From an uncultured delta proteobacterium (GTDB lineage: Bacteria; Desulfobacterota; Desulfobacteria; Desulfobacterales; JAFDCJ01): a DNA stretch of 64,000 bases. The stretch's first letter is position 1. The number at the start of each line of letters is the position of its first letter. The stretch is taken from contig CAVZEZ010000020.1 of assembly GCA_963774425.1 (NCBI GenBank), forward strand, positions 29,555 to 93,554, in the 5' to 3' direction. Positions 49,155-59,586 of the stretch are shown here, piece by piece. Position numbers and translations under genes: made by a program. The notes under the pieces were generated by a model, which had not been told where the DNA came from, did no database searches, and saw nothing but the letters and a program-made list of their open reading frames with translations.

Positions 49155-51815
49155 CTATCTCTTCGAAAGCTCGTTCTTTACTGCCAGCCCGAGGTATTTT
49201 ATGGTGTATGGTTTTTTTACATATTCTCCCGCGCCGAGTTCCTGGGCATTTTTGACACTGTCGGTTTCGGAAAAACCACTGGTTATAATTGCCTTCTGGC
49301 CGGGTTTGATTTCAAGCACCCTTTTGTACGTTTCAAGGCCATCGATTCCCGGATCCATAATCATATCCAGCACCAACAGGTCCACTGCTTGTGCCTTTAG
49401 ATACGCAACGGCTTCCAAACCGTTTGACACGGTTTCTACTGAATATCCCAATTGAGACAGGATGGAAGCCGCTATGATCCTCTGTTCCTCAATATCGTCC
49501 ACCACCAGCAGAGATTGGCCGTTTCCTGACAGATCTCTCAGGTCGTAGGCGTCTTCTCCTTTAGCGGGCTCTTTTCTGGTCACAGGAAAATAGAGTATGA
49601 ACCGGGTTCCGGAATCGATTGTACTCTCGATATCGATAAATCCGTTATGATCTTTGACCGTTCCCCACACCACCGACATTCCGAGTCCTGTTCCGCTGCG
49701 GCCCATTTTCTTTTTGGTGTAAAAGGGCTCGAAGATCTGCTCGATATCGTTTTCGGATATCCCCAGGCCTTCATCGGATATCTCCACTACGACATAATCC
49801 CCCTGCTCGATTTCATTGAGGCCGACCGGGGCTTTGTCGACATATTTGTTTAAAGTGACGATTTCTACCTTCCCCCCCTGGGGCATTGCTTCGGCGGCAT
49901 TGGATACCAGATTCATAATGGTTTTCGACAGGTGTATGGGCGAACCCTCGATGCATAAAAGATCTGATGCAAGGTTCGTCTGCAATTTCACATCCGGGTG
50001 GTGAAATTCGAGTTTTTTGAATTCCGGACTGCTCAAATAATCTTCAATGATCTTGTTCAGATCAACAACTTCAATGGTGGCGACACCTCTTCTGGCCAGT
50101 GTGAGCAGGTCAAGGACAATTGCAGATGCCTTTATGCCCGACTGTAAAATGGTTTTCAGCGGTTTATGCAGGGAACTGTCTTCAGGCAATTGCATCAGCA
50201 GCAGTTCGGGATAGCTTACGATCCCGGACAAAATATTATTCAGATCATGGGCCACGCCACCCGCAAGCGTTCCGATCGCCTCCATTTTTTTGGCTTTATG
50301 CAGCTTTTTTTCCAGTTCCCGCTTGGCTTCTTCGGCATTCAGCCGTAGGGTGATATCCTTTCCGGAGAGGACGGTTCCGATATTCTCATTTTTCCCATTA
50401 ATCAATGGATTATATGCAATTTCATAAACCCTGGTTCCCTCTTTCGTTTCTATATTTATTTTGACAACGTTTTCCTTTAAATGGTCCGCCGGTTGGTTTC
50501 CGAATCCGAAATTCCGCGGAAGATTTATTAAGCAGTCAAAAATTGGCCGGCCGGCGGCATTTTGACCGGATGTATCCATGAGATCCCGGGCTGCTCTGTT
50601 TGAGCGTATGATCCTGTTTTGTTTATCCAGCAAAAAAATGATGTCATCCACAGAATCGAACGTATTTTCCCAATCCGAAAGAGATTCGTGCAGCGAAATC
50701 ATGACCTGGTTCAGATTTTCATGCATCGTTTTAAATGCAACGACAAGGTCGCCGATCTCGCCGCCCTCTTTAATCTCATCCAGTTTTTGGTTGAATTCCC
50801 GTTGGTTGGCAGTTAATCGATACTGGTTATCCGTTCGAAGCCCGAGGAGTTGGCTGGCCTCCTGCAATTTTAAAAGCGGACCGGTGAATTTTTTCATAAA
50901 AAGGGCGGCTGCAAATACGGAAATGATGGCGGCAATAACCATGGCCATACATATTCTAAAACGGGCCTCGCTAATTGGTGCATATGCCTCCTGTTTAGTC
51001 TGTTGGGCGGCCACAATCCAATGGGTGCCCGGAATATGTTTTAGACTGATCAGCATGGGAACACCGCGTGAATTTACAGTTTCGCCGGCACCTTCGAACC
51101 CATTGATAGCGGCATCGAAAAGCGGATTGGATCCCACGGGAACATCGCTTTTAAGGATTCGTTCCTCTTTCGGATGCAGGATCATGAGCCTGTCCTTTGA
51201 ATAAACATAGATATAGCCCGTTTTTCCGATTTTGGTAAGCCGAATCCCTTCAAGCGCCTTGAGGGAGGTTAATTGTACCGAGCATCCCAGCAACCCGATA
51301 ATCCGGTTGTCTGTACCTTTCAAAATGGCCGTGAATGTCAACACGGGTTCTCCGGTTCGCGCCGATCTGTATGGGGTGCCGACGATACCTTTTTTTCCCT
51401 CCAATGTTTCCCGAAAGTACTGGCGAAAAGCAAACGACTTTCCTCTGACTTGCGGATGGGCCGGGTAGTCGCTCCATATTGTCCCCTCCCGGTCGAGTAC
51501 AAACATGCCGTTTTCAAATTTTGAAAAAATTTGTGAAAAATCTTTAAGATGGTCTTCGATCACCTTCGCATCTCGGCTTTCGAGGGCGTGTTTAGGCAAT
51601 GCCTGAGCAACCGCCTGAGCCTCCATCAGTGTATCCGATAAAAACCGCGATATGACCTGCGAGGAGGCATCGCTGACACCTGAAAGACCCTTCTGGATCG
51701 AATCGCGCAAGGACATTTCGAAAAAATCAAGGTAAAAATAGCCCAATAGCCCGATGGTGCAAGTAATTAAAATACCTAATAGAATCGATGCCTTTGCACG
51801 CAAGGTCATTTGCAT
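49155..51815 (-). CDS. Hybrid sensor histidine kinase (Cache-HAMP-PAS-HisKA-HATPase-REC)
   Basis: Two TM segments, AGGVAHDLNN, FYTKK...GTGLG, VVDD, LDMIM and KP motifs. Confidence 0.93.
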   Translation of the reverse strand: MQMTLRAKASILLGILITCTIGLLGYFYLDFFEMSLRDSIQKGLSGVSDASSQVISRFLSDTLMEAQAVAQALPKHALESRDAKVIEDHLKDFSQIFSKFENGMFVLDREGTIWSDYPAHPQVRGKSFAFRQYFRETLEGKKGIVGTPYRSARTGEPVLTFTAILKGTDNRIIGLLGCSVQLTSLKALEGIRLTKIGKTGYIYVYSKDRLMILHPKEERILKSDVPVGSNPLFDAAINGFEGAGETVNSRGVPMLISLKHIPGTHWIVAAQQTKQEAYAPISEARFRICMAMVIAAIISVFAAALFMKKFTGPLLKLQEASQLLGLRTDNQYRLTANQREFNQKLDEIKEGGEIGDLVVAFKTMHENLNQVMISLHESLSDWENTFDSVDDIIFLLDKQNRIIRSNRAARDLMDTSGQNAAGRPIFDCLINLPRNFGFGNQPADHLKENVVKINIETKEGTRVYEIAYNPLINGKNENIGTVLSGKDITLRLNAEEAKRELEKKLHKAKKMEAIGTLAGGVAHDLNNILSGIVSYPELLLMQLPEDSSLHKPLKTILQSGIKASAIVLDLLTLARRGVATIEVVDLNKIIEDYLSSPEFKKLEFHHPDVKLQTNLASDLLCIEGSPIHLSKTIMNLVSNAAEAMPQGGKVEIVTLNKYVDKAPVGLNEIEQGDYVVVEISDEGLGISENDIEQIFEPFYTKKKMGRSGTGLGMSVVWGTVKDHNGFIDIESTIDSGTRFILYFPVTRKEPAKGEDAYDLRDLSGNGQSLLVVDDIEEQRIIAASILSQLGYSVETVSNGLEAVAYLKAQAVDLLVLDMIMDPGIDGLETYKRVLEIKPGQKAIITSGFSETDSVKNAQELGAGEYVKKPYTIKYLGLAVKNELSKR

Positions 51816-51917
51816 TTTCCTTTAAATACGGTGTCCGGAGTTATTGGCTCCGAGCTGTGGTATTTAACTGAAGAAAGCCGTTATCGGCCTTCTTTGCCGT
51901 TATGTAAGTCGCGATTG

Positions 51918-51947
51918 TTGACAAAACAGATAGGATTTAATTATAAC
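51918..51947 (+). promoter_or_regulatory. Sigma70-like promoter facing an ORF-free intergenic region
   Basis: TTGACA-N18-TATAAC. Confidence 0.45.
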
Positions 51948-52257
51948 ATCCCGCTTTTTTTTGGGATAGAATTAATTCAATTTTAACCGGCGGTAGGAGC
52001 AACGCTGCGGGGTGGACCGCCATCGCTTATCTGCCATGATGAGCGACGGCCGTTTGCCCAGGGGATGGGGGCATTCTTTATATCAAACACCAAATACTAA
52101 ACACATGATGAATTCGAGTTTTACGAATTCATCAAATTTAAATTTTTTATCTCTCGAGTCCAGTTCTTTCCATGTTCCAATTTTCGTTTTGGTTCCGGTG
52201 CGTCCGGTTTAGGGTATTATCGGCAATTTCCAGAGGAATCAGTCGGCTAAAACCGCT

Positions 52258-53481
52258 TCAGTGAACCTTGCCGCCGCGATATTCGACCCCCAACAGACTG
52301 ATGTCATCTTCCGGTTTTGCTCCCTTGCGGAAATTTTTGGCATATGAGTAGGCTGCATCGACCATCTTTCCCACAGGCTCACTCCGGCATTCCTGCAGGA
52401 TGTTATAAAAACGTGCCTTCCCGAAAATTTCTCCGGACGGACTTCGATTATCTATCAGGCCGTCCGTGTATAGGATAATCTTGTCGCCTGCCTTCAATTT
52501 GATTGCCTGGTGTGAGAGCACCTGCTTGCTGCCGATACCGATAGTGGGGCCCCGCTGATCGAGTATCTCTATGGATCCGGTCGGATGCACCAACAGCGGC
52601 GGCGGATGTCCGGCGCTGCTGTAAGTCAGCAATCCCTCGGTGACATCGATGGTCATGCAGATAATGCTGAAGAAACTGTCGAATCTTTCGAACGGGAAGG
52701 CTTCATCCAGCCGGTTCAAAACAATCTCCGGCGATACGAGTTCACACTTGTTGCCCAAAAGGCCGTCGCCACTGTTTAAAAACTGCGAGACTGCTACCGA
52801 AATCAGGGCCGCCGGCACCCCGTGGCCGCATACGTCGAGCATGTACAGACCGACATTGCGTTCGTCCAAATTATGGATGTTGAATATGTCACCGCCCACC
52901 TGCTCGCATGGTTCAAATCGCCATGCAATCTGAATGTTGTCGATTTTCGGTGACCGATCCGGCAACAAACTTTGTTGGATGGCTGCCGCAGATGCCAGGT
53001 CCCGATTGATAAGTGCCTGCTTTTTCTGAAGCTCGATTTTCTGCAGTTCGATCGCGGTCACGTCATAGATGATGATCAGGAACATGCGACGCCCCTGAAA
53101 GGTAATCGGTCGGGTGCTGAACTGAAAATGTTTCTCAACGGGCTTTCCGTTGATATAAAATACCCGATTCAGCGGCTGGTTGTCCACCGGTGCGCTCTCG
53201 ATGAGATTTTGCAGCAGGGATTTGCGCAGGATGCATTGCGAGCATTTCGAAGTTTCACCGCATGGTTTTTTTTCAAGGATGGCATTGACACACCCAACGG
53301 CATCGCCGAAGGTGGTCTCCAAAACGGATTCGGTCGCGCTGTCGAATAAATTGTGAAAGGAATGGTTGAACTGGTGGATGTGCAGGTCTTCGTCGGCGAT
53401 GAGCACGGCAGAGTTGATATTATCGAGCAAAAGGTTGAGAAATTCGTTGGATTCCTTTAAGCTTTGTAGTTCCGTCCACAT
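52258..53481 (-). CDS. PP2C/SpoIIE-family phosphatase with an N-terminal PAS-like domain
   Basis: IQQSLLP, GGDIF, DVCGHG, AGHPP, YTDG and DDISL motifs. Confidence 0.92.
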   Translation of the reverse strand: MWTELQSLKESNEFLNLLLDNINSAVLIADEDLHIHQFNHSFHNLFDSATESVLETTFGDAVGCVNAILEKKPCGETSKCSQCILRKSLLQNLIESAPVDNQPLNRVFYINGKPVEKHFQFSTRPITFQGRRMFLIIIYDVTAIELQKIELQKKQALINRDLASAAAIQQSLLPDRSPKIDNIQIAWRFEPCEQVGGDIFNIHNLDERNVGLYMLDVCGHGVPAALISVAVSQFLNSGDGLLGNKCELVSPEIVLNRLDEAFPFERFDSFFSIICMTIDVTEGLLTYSSAGHPPPLLVHPTGSIEILDQRGPTIGIGSKQVLSHQAIKLKAGDKIILYTDGLIDNRSPSGEIFGKARFYNILQECRSEPVGKMVDAAYSYAKNFRKGAKPEDDISLLGVEYRGGKVH

Positions 53482-53866
53482 GATAAAAGACCTTTGATAA
53501 GGTGTACTTAGGACTTTAGGGATTCAGTCTATCCTGGTATTAGAACGTTTTCCTTGATGTAAATCAAGAACAATTCAAATCCTCCGCCTGTTTAACGTGA
53601 TGGTAATCATTGTTTTCATGATTACAAAAAAAAATTGACATCCCCGGGATTCCCATGAAAAGATCTGCCAACCTAGCGGCTCCCGGTTCGACCGCTCCGA
53701 TGGAGGTGCGTTTTTATAAGATAACTATCCCTGCTTTCATGATTAATCTTATTTGGGTTCCCGTTTGACCGGATTTGGTATTTAAAACAGTAAACAGATC
53801 GTGTGAAGCGCTAAAGGTCCCCGACGCTTTTATGCTGAATGACAAATTTAATCGCCGGGGGGATAC

Positions 53867-55174
53867 ATGCCGAAACTAAATTGTAAAAAAAACGACCTGC
53901 TCACCGCACTGGTTGCCAATCAGGCCGGTGAAATATTTGAATTGGAGGGATATGCAGCCGTGGGAATGGCGGACACTTGGTTGCAACCGCTAACCGACGG
54001 ACAAACCCGCAAATTACCGTATGGCAGTGAATTGATGTATCTGCCGGGCCGCAAGCCGGTTCTGTTCAACCTCGAAACCGGCAGACTGGACGCGTTGAGT
54101 AAAAATCCGTATGCACCGCAAGAAACCATTTTTCCGGTCGCCGCCTTTAATTCACCGGGATATGTCATTACCCGCGTCAGCGCCTTTCGCGAATCTGGAC
54201 CGGTCCAGACCTTGCCTCTGTTTTCCTACGGTGCCGTCGGATGGTGCAATGAAGGTTTTCGATCCGCCGTCGTGCGGGTGGATTCCGAGCCGCGCCAGGA
54301 CCTGCGGCGCATGCCGCGTGAAAAAGTTGCGGCCGGGGTGAAGCGGATGCGCCGTCGGATGCCGGGCAACCGCCTGCGAGCTCATCTGGAAAAGTGCGCC
54401 TTGACTTACGGCTGTCCGGCCGCAAAAAATTTTTTTCTGGGCCGCTACGAGGCGCCGCTGCCCACATCCGGGCAGTGCAATGCCCGCTGTCTGGGATGCC
54501 TGTCGCTTCAGGGAAACACCGGAATCCCCCACAGCCAGGACCGGATCGCATTTACGCCCTCTGACCAGGAAATCGCGGAGATCGCCCTGGTGCACATCGG
54601 CCGGGTGGCCAACAGCGTGGTCAGCTTCGGCCAGGGTTGCGAGGGCGATCCCCTGCTGGCGGCCGACGTGATCGAGCCGGCGATACGCCGCATTCGGCTG
54701 CAAACCGGCGACGGCACGATCAATATGAACACCAATGGGGGGCTGCCCGCCATCTTGAAACGACTGTTCGGTAGTGGCCTGGACAGCGTTCGCATCAGTA
54801 TGAACAGTATCCGGGAAAAATGCTACCATGCCTATTTTCGGCCCAGAGGCTACCGGTTTGGAGATGTCCTTAATAGCATCGAGATTGCCCGGACGCATAA
54901 TAAATTTGTTGCCATTAACTATCTTAACTGCCCGGGATTCAGCGACACCCCCCGGGAAGTGGACGCCTTGATCGAATTTTTGCACAAATTCCCGATTCAT
55001 ATGATCCAGTGGCGCAATTTGAATTTTGACCCGCTGCGCTATTGTAAAGACATGAACACCGTCAGCCGCAACGGCAAACCCATGGGTATGGAAACCGTGC
55101 TGAAGCGGGTGAAGGCCGAGTTTCCAAAGCTGAAATTCGGATATTTCAATCCACCGAAGGAACATTTTTTTTAA
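53867..55174 (+). CDS. Radical SAM protein of unknown function
   Basis: CNARCLGC (CxxxCxxC), FGQGCEGDP and NTNG motifs. Confidence 0.88.
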   Translation: MPKLNCKKNDLLTALVANQAGEIFELEGYAAVGMADTWLQPLTDGQTRKLPYGSELMYLPGRKPVLFNLETGRLDALSKNPYAPQETIFPVAAFNSPGYVITRVSAFRESGPVQTLPLFSYGAVGWCNEGFRSAVVRVDSEPRQDLRRMPREKVAAGVKRMRRRMPGNRLRAHLEKCALTYGCPAAKNFFLGRYEAPLPTSGQCNARCLGCLSLQGNTGIPHSQDRIAFTPSDQEIAEIALVHIGRVANSVVSFGQGCEGDPLLAADVIEPAIRRIRLQTGDGTINMNTNGGLPAILKRLFGSGLDSVRISMNSIREKCYHAYFRPRGYRFGDVLNSIEIARTHNKFVAINYLNCPGFSDTPREVDALIEFLHKFPIHMIQWRNLNFDPLRYCKDMNTVSRNGKPMGMETVLKRVKAEFPKLKFGYFNPPKEHFF

Positions 55175-55218
55175 AGGGAATAAACTTGACATCCATATAT
55201 GTCTTCGTTATCACAAAG

Positions 55219-55538
55219 TTCTACGTCCAGCCAGCGGTGGAACTCGGTGGCGAACACGGCTTTGCCAACGGCACGCTGTTGCGTCCCAAACTGATCGTGG
55301 GATGACCCGGTTTCTCACCACTACCGATCCTTCGGTGGAGGCCGCGTTCTGCAACTCACCGGCCGGCATCGGAACGTTCAAATCCGAAAGCAAGCTGGAT
55401 CGCACTTATGTCGATGTTGCCGCGGGTGTGGACATCCTCACAACCCGGGATTGGGTGGTCAGTGCCAACGCCATCGGTCAGTTCTCAGCCGACACCACCA
55501 CCTATGGGGGCTACCTGAAACTGTCAGTCGCGTTCTAG
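55219..55538 (+). pseudogene. C-terminal remnant of an outer-membrane beta-barrel (autotransporter-like), frameshifted
   Basis: FYVQPAVELGGEHGFANGTLLRPKLIVG* shifts frame near 55300 into TRFLTT...YVDVAAGVDI...YGGYLKLSVAF, which ends in Phe with alternating beta-strand periodicity. Confidence 0.6.
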
Positions 55539-55990
55539 TGGACTGATGAAAAATCCGATTCCATAAACAGGGCCCGGATCCGGTCGGTCCGTTTACGGTT
55601 GACCCCCAGATCCCAATAGCCCACGCGCGACGCCGAGCGGACATGGATCTGCGACGACCTCTCCGGGAACCAGAACTCCACGTCATCGATAAATTTCAGC
55701 CAGCGGGATCTGACTTCGACATGCAGGTAATCCTTCATGTCGGTGAGGATCCTGGCATTTTCAATCTTTGCGATGGCGGCCTTGAGTTTTTCTCGGGCCT
55801 GATCCCGGCTACCCTGGTATGACAGCGGCGCGATCCGATGTTTCTCATCGTGGGCCTGGCTGCTGACGCAATTGGGGCTTACGGGGCAGGGTGCGAGCCC
55901 TCCCTCCCGAAGTCCGATATCGGCGGCACCACAGCCGCCGATAGAGCCATGTCCTCCGCAAATGCCAAAAAAGCTTACGATAGATTTCAT
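55535..55990 (-). CDS. DUF1499 domain protein
   Basis: LAPCPVSPNCVSS, FIDDVEF and RSASRVGYWDLGVNRKR motifs. Confidence 0.9.
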   Translation of the reverse strand: MKSIVSFFGICGGHGSIGGCGAADIGLREGGLAPCPVSPNCVSSQAHDEKHRIAPLSYQGSRDQAREKLKAAIAKIENARILTDMKDYLHVEVRSRWLKFIDDVEFWFPERSSQIHVRSASRVGYWDLGVNRKRTDRIRALFMESDFSSVH

Positions 55991-56202
55991 AATTACCGAT
56001 TCAATTGGAAAGCTGCGTATTGAACGGGTTGCGACCGGGTGGTATTATACCAGGTACTGGCGTTTTTTGGGCTGCTGGTCCCCCGAATTGCGCCAGCTCC
56101 GCCGCCCGCATATTTGTCGATTCTATAAACGTGAAGTTATTTTTGAGTGAGCCCCAAGTTTCAATAAGGTTTAATCTTTGCGCATAAGCGCGGAATAAAT
56201 TA

Positions 56203-56229
56203 ATAAAATCCGGGTTACAGGTAACCCGG
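56203..56229 (-). terminator. Rho-independent terminator after the PAS gene
   Basis: CCGGGTTAC/GTAACCCGG stem followed on the minus strand by ATTTTATT. Confidence 0.55.
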
Positions 56230-56314
56230 CGTGGGTGCCACTAATGAGGATGACGGCGGGCTCGGGGCCGGCATTGGGATATTATAAAACGGATCTGTGG
56301 TAACACCCGGTCTG

Positions 56315-57532
56315 TCATTGATCGCCATAGATTTCAGGATACAGCTTTCTGGCGCATTCCGGACAAATGCTGTGGCTGAATTTGGCATCCGTGCGGTTGT
56401 GAATATAGACTTCAATGCGTTCCCAGGATCCCTTGCCGTTTTTTATCCGGTTGCAGGAAGCACAAATGGGCAGTAACCCCCGCAGCGTCTTAACCTGGGA
56501 GAGAACCTGATTGAGCCTGCGAATCAGGGTCTCACGTTCTTTTTCAGCTTTTTTGCGCACTGTAATTTCGGAGATAAGGCCGTCGGCATAACTTCCGCCG
56601 TCTTTATGGGCGGCAACAGTGGCCTTGTCCTGCAGCCAGACCCACCGGCCATCTTTTTTTTTAATGCGATATTCGATATTGTAAGCGCCGACGCCGTTAA
56701 ATAGAGATTGCCAGGATTCCCGAACATACCGGATATCATCGGGGTGTACTTTTTCAGACAGGAATTCCACCCCCTTATGACATATTTCTTCACTTGTGAA
56801 TCCGGTAATGTCGTAAACTTTGGGGCTGATATATGAAATATTTCCTTGGCAGTCCGACCGCCAGGCGATATCGGGGATATTGGTTATCAGGGATCGGTAT
56901 TTTCGTTCGCTCTCGGCGAGCGCATCTTGTGTCCTCTGGAAATAAATCAGCAAAAGGCCGGTGGCCAACATCATGGCACAGTATCCCCCGATCAAATATC
57001 CCCAGGGAGCGAAGGCTGGGATGTTTCGCAGGAAAGGATAATCGATTTTATGGATGCCCCACAAGATGAATACCCAGCCGGTAAAATATTTTCCCAACCC
57101 TTGCACTTTGCCGGATCGCAGGACCACCGATCCGGCCCAGATATGTACGATTCCAAAAAAAGTAAAGCAGGGAAACACGCGTACGAAAAATGAGTGGCTC
57201 AACAGCGAGGAGGCTATTATCCAGATGGCCACCGCCACAAAAGCGATCGTCCATAATTCGGATATCTTTTTGTCCAGAAAGATAAACGTACCTCTCAAAA
57301 GCAAATAGACGCTCAGAAAAGAGGCACAAAAATCGATGGGGATAAAACCGCCCGGTTTTTCGCTGAAGTACCACCAGATTGTCAGCGGAGCGAATAGAAA
57401 ATAGACGAGCCAGGATGCCGCCCAAAATCCGAGATACCGTTCGCGATTCTGTAGGAAGAAATAAAGATAAACAATGGTCAGAAAGACCGGCACGCTCAAT
57501 CCAGTCAGTATGGCAGGCAGGGCTAAAGGCAT
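56315..57532 (-). CDS. Multi-TM sensor with a PAS domain and a C-terminal CxxC...HxxCPxC module, no catalytic output
   Basis: About 7 hydrophobic segments, PAS (VHPDD, EYRI) and LPICASCNRIK...FSHSICPEC. Confidence 0.82.
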   Translation of the reverse strand: MPLALPAILTGLSVPVFLTIVYLYFFLQNRERYLGFWAASWLVYFLFAPLTIWWYFSEKPGGFIPIDFCASFLSVYLLLRGTFIFLDKKISELWTIAFVAVAIWIIASSLLSHSFFVRVFPCFTFFGIVHIWAGSVVLRSGKVQGLGKYFTGWVFILWGIHKIDYPFLRNIPAFAPWGYLIGGYCAMMLATGLLLIYFQRTQDALAESERKYRSLITNIPDIAWRSDCQGNISYISPKVYDITGFTSEEICHKGVEFLSEKVHPDDIRYVRESWQSLFNGVGAYNIEYRIKKKDGRWVWLQDKATVAAHKDGGSYADGLISEITVRKKAEKERETLIRRLNQVLSQVKTLRGLLPICASCNRIKNGKGSWERIEVYIHNRTDAKFSHSICPECARKLYPEIYGDQ

Positions 57533-57649
57533 AGTTTGCTTCCGAGCTAAATTATGGTACCCAATAAGCTGTTCGATATCTTTTTTGCGCTTGAAGAATT
57601 TGTAGTTATAATAATCATTATTACATGTCAATCGGTTAAGGTTATCGGT

Positions 57650-58588
57650 ATGAAATGGATTGAAGCAAAAATCAATTTTGATCACCCGGATAAGGATCTG
57701 GCCTTCGATATGATCGCCGACGTGTTTTACGATTTCGGACTGCAGGGAGTTGTGGTGGAAGATCCGCGAATCGAACCCGAGGGAGGATGGCCGGAAGATG
57801 TGCTCGCACGTCCCGACCATTATACGGTGACCGGATATTTGCCGGCCGACGACCGCATTGAGGAGCGCTGTCAGGTGCTGGAAGAAAGACTGCGGGGTTT
57901 GAAAGAAAAGCTGGGCCTAATCTACCAGATGAGCTACAAGGAGCTTGATGAAGAAGATTGGGCCCATTCCTGGAAAGCATTTTTCTGGCCGCAAAAACTC
58001 GGCAATAACTTGGTGGTTAAGCCGACCTGGCGCGAATACCCGACTGATACCGGTGAACTGGTTATTGAACTGGACCCCGGCATGGCGTTTGGGACGGGAA
58101 CGCATCCGACCACGACCCTGTGCGCGGTCATGATTGAAAAATACTTGAAGTGGGGCGATACTTTTTTGGATGTCGGAACCGGATCCGGAATCTTGATTAT
58201 TGCCGCGGCCATGCTGGGTGCCGGCAGGGCCTGCGGAGTGGACAATGACCCCCTTGCGGTTGAGATTGCCGCCCAAAATTTAAAATTAAATGGTTTGCAG
58301 GGCCGTCACATTCAGGTGCTTTGCGGAGACCTGACTACAAATATTCGGGAAGAATATGATCTGGTGACAGCGAATATCCTCAGCCATGTCATTCTGAAAT
58401 TGCTCGCCGACGTCGAACGGGTGCTCAAGCCGGGCGGCATTTTCATTTGTTCGGGGATAACGGAGGGGAACAAAGAACAGGTGGTGACGTCCATGCAAGA
58501 GAAAGGCTTCAACATTCTGGAAATCGAATCCAAAGACGACTGGGTGGCTATTGCGGGAAGACTGAAGGCAATGGCCGATCGTCTGTAA
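57650..58588 (+). CDS. prmA: Ribosomal protein L11 methyltransferase
   Basis: EEDWAHSWK, DPGMAFGTGTHPTT, DVGTGSGIL and ANIL motifs. Confidence 0.96.
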   Translation: MKWIEAKINFDHPDKDLAFDMIADVFYDFGLQGVVVEDPRIEPEGGWPEDVLARPDHYTVTGYLPADDRIEERCQVLEERLRGLKEKLGLIYQMSYKELDEEDWAHSWKAFFWPQKLGNNLVVKPTWREYPTDTGELVIELDPGMAFGTGTHPTTTLCAVMIEKYLKWGDTFLDVGTGSGILIIAAAMLGAGRACGVDNDPLAVEIAAQNLKLNGLQGRHIQVLCGDLTTNIREEYDLVTANILSHVILKLLADVERVLKPGGIFICSGITEGNKEQVVTSMQEKGFNILEIESKDDWVAIAGRLKAMADRL

Positions 58589-58914
58589 TGATGCGGTTCG
58601 CCCTTTTGTCAAATAGACCCCAACGTTACAAAAGCCGGAGGGCTTCAGAGACCAGGCGTCAAGGATGAAGCTGTGGTCGTCTTACCGCAATTGCTTGACA
58701 ACGCAGTATCTGAAATTCTCCGGCTTTCCCGAAGGGTAAACAATATGGCAAAATAAACCCCATCCTTCGACTTCACAAAATGGGATGTCCAACGAGGGTT
58801 TGTTTTTCTAAAATATCGTTTATATTTACGGAACATTAGATATTATTTGCCATATTGTTTATGCAACTAAGGGGTAGAGTAGAAAAGTTGTCACCCTGTT
58901 TTGGGGAGAATGTG

Positions 58915-59586
58915 ATGAGAATACTACTGGTGGAAGATGACGACAAAATTGCTTCTTTCATTATAAAGGGCCTCAAAGCCGAAGGTTTTGCCGTGGACCA
59001 TGCGGGGAACGGCGAAGATGGCCTTCATCTGGCTTTAACTGAACCCTACGACGCCGCGATTATTGATCTCATGCTTCCCAAGCTTGACGGCCTGTCAATC
59101 ATCGATCGAATCCGGCGCGGAAAGATCAAGACACCGGTGATTATCCTGAGTGCCAGAGGATCGGTTGACGACCGGGTCAAGGGTCTGCAAACCGGTGGCG
59201 ATGATTACTTGACGAAGCCCTTCGCTTTTTCCGAACTGCTGGCCCGCGTCCAGGCCCTCATCCGGCGCAGCGGCGATGTCTCGGAGCCCACCAAACTCAC
59301 GGCTGCCGATATCTCCATCAATTTGATCACACGGGAAGTTGTCCGGGCCGGTCAACCCATCGATCTGCAGCCGCTGGAATTTTCACTGCTCGAATATCTG
59401 ATGCGCAATGCCGGCCGGGTGGTTTCCAAAACCATGATTATGGAGCACGTCTGGGATTATTATTTCGATCCCCAAACCAACGTGGTGGAATCCAGAATTT
59501 ACAAACTGCGGGAAAAAATCGACAAAGGATTCGAAAAAAAACTGATTCACACGGTACGCGGAGTGGGCTATGTCCTTAAAGACTGA
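58915..59586 (+). CDS. OmpR-family response regulator (CusR-like)
   Basis: VEDD, IDLMLP, DDYLTKPF and IHTVRGVGY motifs. Confidence 0.94.
   Translation: MRILLVEDDDKIASFIIKGLKAEGFAVDHAGNGEDGLHLALTEPYDAAIIDLMLPKLDGLSIIDRIRRGKIKTPVIILSARGSVDDRVKGLQTGGDDYLTKPFAFSELLARVQALIRRSGDVSEPTKLTAADISINLITREVVRAGQPIDLQPLEFSLLEYLMRNAGRVVSKTMIMEHVWDYYFDPQTNVVESRIYKLREKIDKGFEKKLIHTVRGVGYVLKD

Noticed and set aside
51846-51900. CTCCGAGCT resembling the start of a Moco riboswitch
   Set aside because: The downstream conserved elements are missing, and the orientation does not serve a Mo-related gene.
52050-52065. Minus-strand CCTGGGCAAAC resembling ZTP or c-di-GMP-I riboswitch fragments
   Set aside because: The remaining consensus stems are absent; a short match only.
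55920-55990. Odd, weakly hydrophobic signal region of the DUF1499 protein suggesting a frameshift
   Set aside because: The frame is open with a lipobox-like IGGC, and no alternative frame is clearly better.
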